From: an uncultured candidate division Zixibacteria bacterium
Lineage (GTDB): Bacteria; Zixibacteria; MSB-5A5; RBG-16-43-9
NCBI GenBank assembly: GCA_963713865.1
Contig: OY970208.1
Span: forward strand, 2,496,001-2,560,000
Reading direction: 5' to 3'
Length of the DNA stretch: 64,000 nucleotides
Shown: positions 51,009 to 59,567 of the stretch, piece after piece
Position numbering within the stretch: the stretch's first letter is position 1
Layout of the letters: each line of letters opens with the position of its first letter
Program-made: the position numbers and the translations under genes
The notes under the pieces: generated by a model
Databases searched by the model: none
Told to the model about the DNA's origin: nothing
What the model saw: the letters and a program-made list of their open reading frames with translations, nothing else

Positions 51009-52166
51009 TTAAAACCGGAAACTTTTTTCTACCTTTCGATAAACCTCTTTCAGGGGTATTTTATTTTTCTCTGCTAAAATTTTACAATCCTCAAATTCAG
51101 GAGAGATATAGGTTTTTTCACCATCCCGCACTACTTTGACTCTTACATTACCAAATTTAGTTCTAACCACCTCGATTTTTCGAGGAAGTTTTTTTCTAAG
51201 ATGAAATTGAGTCCGCAGACCAATAGTTCCGGTTTCAGAGAAGATAATGGAGGAGAGTAGATTTAACTTTTCAGGATTACACAAAACCGACAGAAGAGTT
51301 CCAGGCCTTCCTTTTTTCATGAATACAGGGATAAAGAAAACATCCAGAGCACCTTTTTCTAAAAGCTTTTCAGAAAGATACCCTAAAATTTCAGGAGTAG
51401 TATTGTCAATATTGGTCTCCAGAACTAAAATCTCATCCTGCTCTAAACTTTGTTCTTTATGACCAATTATCACTCTTAATAGATTAGGGATTTCTTTCAA
51501 ATCCATAGAACCGGCACCATATCCGATATTTTCAACTTTGAAATCCAGCCGGGGCGAGAACTCTGCCAAAGTGGTTATAATCGCCGCCCCAGTGGGGGTA
51601 ACCAATTCTCCTTCTATGTCAGGAAATCTCACTGGAATATTTTTACACAATTCAAGAGTGGCTGGAGCAGGAACCGGGAATTTCCCATGTGAAAATTTGA
51701 CAAAACCTCTCCCCAGGGAAAGCGGTGAGCTATAGATTTTATCCACTTTTAAAATATTCAATCCAATGACTGCACCCACGATATCGATTATCGCATCTAC
51801 ACTGCCAACCTCGTGAAAATGAATCTTGTCGATATCAATTCCGTGCACTAAAGCTTCCGCCTTAGCTAACCTTTTAAATATCTTTTTAGAATCATTTTTA
51901 ATCTTTTCATCCAGGGAACTTTTGTCGATTATTTTGAATATATCTTTCAAATTGCGGTGAGTTTTTTCTTTAGGAACTTTAACCTCGAATTTCGTTCCCT
52001 TGATTCCCATTTTATTAGTCTTGGAAACTTTAATCTCATAACCTCTCAAAGACAGTTTCCTCAGCTCTTTCTTCAGGTCATCAATCTTTAACCCAGAATC
52101 CAACAAAGCCCCCAAAATCATATCCCCGGCAATGCCGGAGAAGCAGTCAAAATAAGCAATTCTCAT
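51009..52166 (-). CDS. larC: Nickel pincer cofactor biosynthesis protein LarC
   Basis: YFDCFSGIAGDM, HFHEVG, PVPAPAT, TPTGAA, MKKGRPG. Confidence 0.95.
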   Translation of the reverse strand: MRIAYFDCFSGIAGDMILGALLDSGLKIDDLKKELRKLSLRGYEIKVSKTNKMGIKGTKFEVKVPKEKTHRNLKDIFKIIDKSSLDEKIKNDSKKIFKRLAKAEALVHGIDIDKIHFHEVGSVDAIIDIVGAVIGLNILKVDKIYSSPLSLGRGFVKFSHGKFPVPAPATLELCKNIPVRFPDIEGELVTPTGAAIITTLAEFSPRLDFKVENIGYGAGSMDLKEIPNLLRVIIGHKEQSLEQDEILVLETNIDNTTPEILGYLSEKLLEKGALDVFFIPVFMKKGRPGTLLSVLCNPEKLNLLSSIIFSETGTIGLRTQFHLRKKLPRKIEVVRTKFGNVRVKVVRDGEKTYISPEFEDCKILAEKNKIPLKEVYRKVEKSFRF

Positions 52167-52249
52167 AATATTTTTATTCCTGGTAAAACAGACATTCTTG
52201 TCTGTTTGAATTTGGTAGAACAGGTATCTTGCCTGTTCCACTGAAATTG

Positions 52250-52918
52250 TCAGACAGGAATGTCTGACCTACCTGCTACCTGTTTCTTACAAAGAGGTGG
52301 CATATGCATCCCTGCCTGTGATTTATCATCTAACCAGCCTTTCACATAAAGCCATTTGTAATCTTTAGGATTTCTTGCTAAATCTTTTCTTATGGGGTTA
52401 TTAACAATATAATTCATCTTTTCAAAAAGCTCATTTTCATCCTTTATAATTCTATCAAAACTCTCATCCAACCATATCTTTGGTGATACAGGCATCTTAC
52501 TTATGTTTGGTAGGACAGGCATTTTGCCTGTATTTTTAAAAAGCTTAATTATCTCTTTACCAGAATAGCTTTTTATATTATGCATAATCTCTGCAATGCT
52601 GTAAAAAGTATATCTTGCTTTTTCTAAAGGTCGAATAACCAAATGAATATGGTCAGGCATAATAACATAAGCATAAAGTTTGTAATCTTTGCCATCATAA
52701 AACTTTATGCCATTAACAACAATATTTCTTGCTTCTATAGGGAGTATAGTATTTTGGGTTGTTCTAAAGGTAATAAAATAAAAGTTTCCTGGTTGTTCCC
52801 AGTGAGGTAGATTTCTTCTATAAATCCTGAATTCTTTCACAGGCTGGAAGCCTGTGATACCAGAAACTTGTCCCGTAAAATTTCTATTATTGGTTTGATT
52901 TTTTGATTTCAATTTCAT
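52250..52918 (-). mobile_element. RAYT-like Y1 HUH transposase no. 3 with in-frame REP-derived peptides
   Basis: RRNLPHW, YFITFR, MPDHIHL, WLDESFDRII, YIVNNP; TGKMPVLP/KMPVSP come from the same palindrome that flanks the gene. Confidence 0.88.
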
Positions 52919-52992
52919 TTCAGTCAAAATCCACAGAACAGGCAAGGATGCCTGTTCTACCTGAGGGCAAGCACAGGAGCCTGCCTCTACAC

Positions 52993-53745
52993 CTACAATT
53001 GATTTATCAAACTTGCTGCGCATCCAGCTCCAAAGCCGTTATCTATATTCACCACTACCACTCCGGAGGCACAGGAATTAAGCATGGCTAAAAGTGGAGC
53101 TACCCCTCCAAAGCTGGCTCCATAACCAATACTCGTAGGAACTGCAATCACCGGCTTATCCACAAGACCACTAACAACTGAGGGTAAAGCTCCCTCCATT
53201 CCAGCAACTACTATTATCACTTTAGCTTTTTTCAGCTTATCTAAATGATAGAAAAACCGGTGAATACCAGCCACGCCCACATCATACAGCCTTTCCACTC
53301 TATTCCCCATTACCTCACAGGTTAAAGCTGCTTCTTCAGCCACGGGAATATCTGAAGTTCCGGCAGAGACAACTAAAACATTACCTTTGAGCTTGAGTTT
53401 TTTTCTTCTATCAGTTTCAATCACAAAAATCTTAGCCTGTGGAAAATATTCAGCTTCAGGAAGATAAATTTTAAGCTTATCAAATACCTCTTCTTCTAAT
53501 CTGGTCCCCAGCACCACAGAGCCAGATTTTCTAATTTCTTGAGCAATTTTAACTATCTGCTCAACAGTTTTACCGGAACAATAGATAACCTCCGGGAACC
53601 CTTTTCGCAGGTGCCGGTGAAGGTCAACTCGCGCAAACCCCAAATCTTCAAAAGGCAAGGTCTTCAGAGCTTCCAGGGCTTTCTTCGGAGAAAGCTTTTT
53701 ATCTTTCACCTTATTCAACAGCCCTAATATTCTTTCAGGATTCAT
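52993..53745 (-). CDS. larB: Nickel pincer cofactor biosynthesis protein LarB
   Basis: GFPEVIY, AGTSDIPVAEEA, DVGVAGIHR, AGMEGALPS, NIDNGFGA. Confidence 0.95.
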   Translation of the reverse strand: MNPERILGLLNKVKDKKLSPKKALEALKTLPFEDLGFARVDLHRHLRKGFPEVIYCSGKTVEQIVKIAQEIRKSGSVVLGTRLEEEVFDKLKIYLPEAEYFPQAKIFVIETDRRKKLKLKGNVLVVSAGTSDIPVAEEAALTCEVMGNRVERLYDVGVAGIHRFFYHLDKLKKAKVIIVVAGMEGALPSVVSGLVDKPVIAVPTSIGYGASFGGVAPLLAMLNSCASGVVVVNIDNGFGAGCAASLINQL

Positions 53746-53765
53746 CTGTTTTTATATTTTGGTTT

Positions 53766-54749
53766 CTACTGTTCCACCCTTGAAGGTACACCTGAAGATA
53801 AGTAAAGCTCAAATCCTCTTTTTAGCTCTTCATATTTCTCCGCTGAAATGATTCTCTTTCTTAACTCCTGATTATGGGAAAGATTTCTTATATACCAGAG
53901 TAAATGTTTTCTCATCTTTAAAATCCCATAGTATTCGCCACTTTCCTGAATAGAAAGGCTTAAGTGCCTTAAAGCTATCTCGACAACCTCTTTCTCAGAG
54001 GGTTCAGGTAGCAGCTCATTTTTCTCCAGATAATGATTCGCCCGATTAAAGATCCAGGGATTTCCCAGAGCACCCCTGCCGATCATAACTCCGTCACAGC
54101 CTGTTTGGTCTAACATCTCCTTGACATCCTGAGGAGAAAAAATATCGCCTGAGCCAAAAATAGTTAGATTGACTTTGGATTTTACCTCTTTAATTATCCC
54201 CCAGTTTGCTTTACCTTTAAATAATGATTTGCCGGTTCGAGGATGGATAGCTAAAGCACTAACCCCACAATCTGAGGCTATTTTAGCCACCTCTAAAGCC
54301 ACGATATTTTCAGCATCCCACCCACTTCTGATCTTCAGGGTTACCGGAAGGCTGACTGATTTTACCACAGAAGAGACAATCTTTTTCAGAAGCCCTAAAT
54401 CCTTTAAAACTGCTGCCCCTCCGTTTTTCCTGGTAACTTTTTTAACCGGACAGGCGAAGTTCAAATCTATAAGATCCGGTTTTAGTTTTTCAACCAACTT
54501 TGCCGCCAGGGTAAGTTTCTCCGGATCTGACCCGTAAAGCTGGACCCCAATCGGTCTTTCCTCCGGCTTGAAGTAAAGCAATCTTAAAGAGTTGGTGTTC
54601 TGGCGGATTAATCCGTCCGCTGAAATCATCTCCGTATAAGTCAAAACTGCACCAAAACTGCGGGCTAATATCCGGAAAGGTGAATCGGTCACCCCCGCCA
54701 TAGGAGCTAAAATCACTCTGCTGGGAAGATTTAAGTTTCCCAATTTCAT
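53766..54749 (-). CDS. dusB: tRNA dihydrouridine synthase
   Basis: LAPMAGVTD, TEMIS, DLNFACP, KIRSGW, MIGRGALGNPW. Confidence 0.92.
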   Translation of the reverse strand: MKLGNLNLPSRVILAPMAGVTDSPFRILARSFGAVLTYTEMISADGLIRQNTNSLRLLYFKPEERPIGVQLYGSDPEKLTLAAKLVEKLKPDLIDLNFACPVKKVTRKNGGAAVLKDLGLLKKIVSSVVKSVSLPVTLKIRSGWDAENIVALEVAKIASDCGVSALAIHPRTGKSLFKGKANWGIIKEVKSKVNLTIFGSGDIFSPQDVKEMLDQTGCDGVMIGRGALGNPWIFNRANHYLEKNELLPEPSEKEVVEIALRHLSLSIQESGEYYGILKMRKHLLWYIRNLSHNQELRKRIISAEKYEELKRGFELYLSSGVPSRVEQ

Positions 54750-54862
54750 GACGACAATATAATTGAAGAAGACTTATAGGCAAGTCTTTTTTGGTAAAGA
54801 TATTTTTGTAAATATGTTGACAAATCAAAAGAAAGATATTTTTTAGCTGAAGGAGGAAGGCT

Positions 54863-55555
54863 ATGCCGGAGATAATCGTAAAATACGAGGACAAGATCAT
54901 CGAAAGGGTGGTTACCGAGAAAAAAAGGCTCAGCATCGGCAGGACCCAGGATAATGACATTGTTCTGGATAACCGGGGGGTCTCAAGAAAACATGCCCTG
55001 ATAGAACTAAACCCTAATGGAGCGGTGATCATCGACAATGAAAGCTTGAATGGAACCTTTATCAATAACCGCAGGATAAATGAGGAATTCCTTAAGGATA
55101 ACGATGAGATAACCATAGGGAAATATAATCTAATCTACCACCAGGCTATAAGCCGTGATCCACGTCTCTCGGATCTGGATGGCACTATGGTTCTGCAGAC
55201 CAAAAAACATAAAGACCTTCTGTCCAAAGATAAAAAAGAATCAGAGATCACTCAGAAGGTCGGATGTTCAGTCCTTTTAGGAGAACTTAACGTAGATAAA
55301 AAAGAGTACCCTTTAGACAAGGAAATCATCACCCTGGGTAAAGGTGATTTCGTCAATATAAAAGCACGGGGGTTCTTCCTCCCCAAACTCCAGTCAAAGA
55401 TAATAAAGGAGAAAGATGAGCTGATACTGGTAAACCTGGGAAGAAAAGGGATGACCAAGGTAAATGGCGAAGATGTACAAAGACACCGGCTCAGAAATGA
55501 CGATCTGATCCAGATAGGCAAATCGGTTTTTCGATTCATTCAAAGGAAAGGTTAA
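54863..55555 (+). CDS. Tandem FHA domain protein
   Basis: IGR..DNDI..VSRKHA..SLNGTFIN; second, degenerate FHA. Confidence 0.92.
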   Translation: MPEIIVKYEDKIIERVVTEKKRLSIGRTQDNDIVLDNRGVSRKHALIELNPNGAVIIDNESLNGTFINNRRINEEFLKDNDEITIGKYNLIYHQAISRDPRLSDLDGTMVLQTKKHKDLLSKDKKESEITQKVGCSVLLGELNVDKKEYPLDKEIITLGKGDFVNIKARGFFLPKLQSKIIKEKDELILVNLGRKGMTKVNGEDVQRHRLRNDDLIQIGKSVFRFIQRKG

Positions 55556-56284
55556 ATGCGTTTTGCTTTTTTCTCTGACGTACATGCTAATTTGGAAGCT
55601 TTAAAAAGTGTAATCCGAGACTTTGAGATAGAGAAAATAGACAAGTTTTTTTTCCTGGGGGATGCGGTTGGATATGGTCCTGAGCCGAATGAATGTCTGA
55701 GTTTAATCCAGAAAACCTCAGAGGTTCGACTGATGGGGAATCACGATTACGCCGCCTTGGGGCTTTTAGATATCAGCTATTTCAATCCCTATGCTAAAGA
55801 GGCCATCGAATGGACCCGTAAGAAGCTTAGCGAAAAAAGTATAGAGACTATCTCCAGCTATAAGATCGACCATCGTTTTGATATATTTCATCTGGTTCAT
55901 TCTACCCCTAAGGAGCCCTTAAACTGGGATTACGTTTTCTATCTGGAGGAAGCCGAGGAAAACTTCTCATATTTCAATGCTCAGATCTGCCTGATCGGAC
56001 ATTCCCATTCTCCTTTCATCATAGAAAAATATAAGGAAAAACGATGTTTTATACACGACGAGCCAGAAACAAAGATCCAGGATGGGTTCAAATACCTTAT
56101 AAATATCGGCTCAGTTGGGCAGCCCCGGGACGGGAACAATAACTCCTGCTATCTGATCTATGACACCGGGGAGAAAAGAGCCTGGCTTAAAAGGGTTCCC
56201 TATGATGTTAAGCGCACTCAGCAGAAGATGAAGAAAGCCAATTTACCTGCCTATCTCATCGAAAGGTTAGCCTTAGGAAAATAA
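55556..56284 (+). CDS. Calcineurin-like metallophosphoesterase
   Basis: SDVHAN, GDAVGYG, GNHD, GHSH, NIGSVGQPRD. Confidence 0.92.
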   Translation: MRFAFFSDVHANLEALKSVIRDFEIEKIDKFFFLGDAVGYGPEPNECLSLIQKTSEVRLMGNHDYAALGLLDISYFNPYAKEAIEWTRKKLSEKSIETISSYKIDHRFDIFHLVHSTPKEPLNWDYVFYLEEAEENFSYFNAQICLIGHSHSPFIIEKYKEKRCFIHDEPETKIQDGFKYLINIGSVGQPRDGNNNSCYLIYDTGEKRAWLKRVPYDVKRTQQKMKKANLPAYLIERLALGK

Positions 56285-56297
56285 TTTCGGGGGAAAA

Positions 56298-58639
56298 ATG
56301 GGGTTAAAAGATTTTTTTCAGATAAATACTAAAAGCGCCTTCTCCGATTGGACCAAAAGATTTTCCGGCGTAATCCTCTATATCCTGATCACCTTTCTGG
56401 TAATGGTTTTGTATCTGGACCAGCAGGGCTGGTTAGAGAAATTCAACTTGAAATTCCAGGACTTAGGTTACAAGTTTAGAGGAAAAACCGACACCGGAAA
56501 TGAACTGGTCATCTTAGCTTTGGACCGGAAGAGCACGGACCAGTATGGCCGCTGGCCCTGGTCCAGAGATAAAATCGCTTTGCTGGTAAATAAACTCTCT
56601 GCTGCTGGACCCAAGGTAGTCCTTCTCGATTTCTATCTACCTCAGGATATAGTTGAGGATACCTCTGGCAGAACAAAAATCCTGTCAGAATCCATTAAAA
56701 AAGCCAAAAATGTGGTGCTGCCTTTATATTTCAATTTTGCAGAGGTCGGCTTGACCCCTACCCGTTATCCGGATGTGCTTTTGAGCTCTACTCTGATCAA
56801 TATCCAGGATCAGGAAGAGATCCGCTACCGGTATCCTTTTAAAGCCAAGGAAGTTTACTATCCCAGCCAGAACTCTGGCTGAAGCCGCTTATGCTTTAGG
56901 CCATGTGAACCAAACCCGGGACCTGGATAACAAAATCCGCTATGAATCACTTCTCATAGGATATGATGAAAATTATTATCCCTCAGTAGGTTTGCAGATA
57001 GCACGAAAATATTACAATTTGAAGATGGAAGACTTGAAAATCGAGTCGGGAGGAAAAATCTATTTAGGAGATACTTATATTCCGACAGATAATAAATGGA
57101 GGTTTTTGATAAATTACGCTGGGACTAAAGGCAGTTTCAAATATTATTCTGCCTCCTCCTTACTGGACGGCTCTTTAAATCCAGAGCTTTTTTTCCGTAA
57201 GATAGTGCTGGTAGGCTTAACTGACCTTTCCACCTCTCAGCTAAAAACCCCGGTTTCCTCTCATCTTCCTTCAGTAGAGAAAACTGCCAATTTAGTGGAA
57301 AACATAATCCACAAAAACTTCTTGAAAGATACTGGACTTTTTTCAATTTTAGACCTTTTAGTCCTGATCTTAATCGGATGTTTCTGTGCCTTTGTTTTAC
57401 CTAATGTTAATCTGGTTCAAAGGCTGGTTATCCTCTTTGTTTTCCTTTTCGTAATTTTGAATCTTAGCTTTATCCTCTTTTCCTCTTTTCATATCATCAC
57501 CAAACCTTTTTACCCTCTTTTGGAGCTTTTCCTTTTCCTTCTGGTTTCACCAGGGATAAAACCGCAGAAAGCCCTGGCACCAAAAAAGAAAATAGAAGAA
57601 GAAAGAAAAGAGTCAGAAGAGATAAAAGAAAGGTTTATCCCGGTTGAACCGGAACCGGAGAAAACCATGCAGATTGACCTGCCAGAACAGGTCAGAGAAA
57701 AAACACCCGCTCCCGTAATCTTTTCCTCTACTCCAAAACCTCTGGAGGAAACACCTTCACGCAGAGTGGAGAAAAGCACTTCTTCTATTCCCGTAGAACA
57801 GTTCGGCAGATACAAAGTGATAGAGATAATCGGTAAAGGAGCTATGGGCACGGTCTATAAAGGGGTAGATCCAGCTATCGACCGCTTAGTAGCATTGAAA
57901 ACAATCAGAGTTGACACTATCGGGTCACCGGATGAGCTGGATGAACTGGAGGACCGGTTGATCAAGGAGGCTCAAGCCGCCGGCAAATTATCCCACCCTA
58001 ACATTGTCACTATATATGATGTGGGTCAGGAGGGAGACCTGTATTACATTGCCATGGAGTATTTACAGGGATATACCCTGGACAAGATGATCCAGAAAAA
58101 ATCTGAGCTTAACTATAAACTTGTGGCCAAGATTATGATCCAGGCCTGCCAGGCTTTAAGTTATGCCCATGAAAAAGGGATAGTCCATCGTGATATTAAG
58201 CCCGCCAATATTATGATCCTGGATAACTTCGATATAAAAGTGATGGATTTCGGGATCGCCAGATTCGGCGGTTCCTCAATGACCCAGAACCGGCTTAGCC
58301 ATGGGTACCCCCAGCTATATTGCGCCAGAGGTTCTGCAGGGAAAACGCGCAGACAAAAGATCAGATATCTTCTCTCTGGGAGTAGTCCTGTACGAGATTT
58401 TAGTTGGGCAGAAACCTTTTAAAGGAGAATCTATCAGTGCTTTAATCTACTGCATTTTGAATGACCAACCTCCTATGCCCTCGACTATAAATGATAAAAC
58501 ACCCACTTTATTCGACCGCGTTGTAGGCAAAGCCCTGGTGAAAAACCCGGAGGAAAGATTCCAGAACGCTTCCGAGATGGAAGTTCAGTTGAAAGAGTTC
58601 GTCGCTTCCTTTGTGGTCACCCGTAGTTTTAAAATTTAA
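56298..58639 (+). CDS. CHASE2-TM-Ser/Thr protein kinase, split by two 1-nt insertions (near 56871 and 58288)
   Basis: GRWPWSR CHASE2 motif; GKGAMGTVY, VALK, HRDIKPAN, DFG; frame repair gives MTQTGLAMGTPSYIAPE. Confidence 0.88.
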
Positions 58640-58654
58640 CAACATTTATTCTAT

Positions 58655-59083
58655 GTAGAGGCACAACATGTTGTGCCTCCTATTTTTTCAAGTTATGTAG
58701 TGGAGGTCTTCAGACCTCCATAAATAAAAAATGTTGGAGTGCATCAGCTTGTCAATGTTGACCTTGAGGCTGATGCTTCTCAAAAATAATAAAAACGCAA
58801 GAGCAAGCTCTTGCACTCCAAAAGACTCCAAAAAAGAAGTGGAATACAATTTCACTTACGCGGGATGGGGCTGATGAGAGGGAAGTTGATTGTAGAGTAG
58901 TGTTGTTAGGTAGAACAGGCATCTTGCCTGTTCCTTTTGGTCAGACCCTACGGATCCGCAGGACAGGATGCCTGACCCACCAGAATCCAGTATCCCCGCC
59001 TTACCCACAAGGTGGGATAAGATAAAAACCAGTGATGTCTGCTACACTTCTCTAACAAGCGACCCTGAAAGGGTCGCACTACG
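58655..59083. repeat. Dense mixed REP/palindrome cluster
   Basis: Several GTAG..CTAC, GGTAG..CCACC and TTGGAGTGC..GCACTCCAA palindromes with no credible ORF. Confidence 0.8.
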
Positions 59084-59144
59084 AACTTAAGAATCAATCT
59101 TAACAATTCTTCTACGTAAAAGAAATCGAAGGGAACAAATCTGC

Positions 59145-59172
59145 TTGACTAAAGGTAAAATAGTAATATATT
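59145..59172 (+). promoter_or_regulatory. Sigma70-type promoter for the rplU-bamA operon
   Basis: TTGACT-16bp-TATATT. Confidence 0.5.
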
Positions 59173-59228
59173 AGCCTTCGTATTAAAAAGTAGAATTAAA
59201 TGAAAATAACGTAAACGGAGGAAATTAA

Positions 59229-59560
59229 ATGTATGCCATAATGGAAAGCGGAGGGTTACAGTTCAAGATCGAGGAAGGCGCAAGATAAAAATACCCAAGC
59301 TAAAAGCCAAGCCCGGGGATGAGGTTGTCTTCGACAAAGTCCTTTTGATCTCCCAGGAGGAAAAAGAACCCCTCATCGGTATGCCCTATCTTGAGAATGC
59401 AAAGATAACCGCAGAGGTTTTATCCACCAGCAAGGGAAAGAAAGCCCTGATCTATAAGTTCAAAAAACGGGTAAAATACAGAAGGAAAAGAGGGCACCGG
59501 CAGGAGTACACTGAAATAAAAATCAACAAGATAAACCTGTCCAAAAAGTCGAAATCTTAA
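59229..59560 (+). CDS. rplU: 50S ribosomal protein L21, with a 1-nt deletion near 59281 (probable sequencing error)
   Basis: MYAIMESGGLQFKIEEG in one frame; KIKIPKL..VVFDKVLL..IGMPYL..KRGHRQEYT in another; GGAGG RBS. Confidence 0.93.
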
Positions 59561-59567
59561 AAAATTT

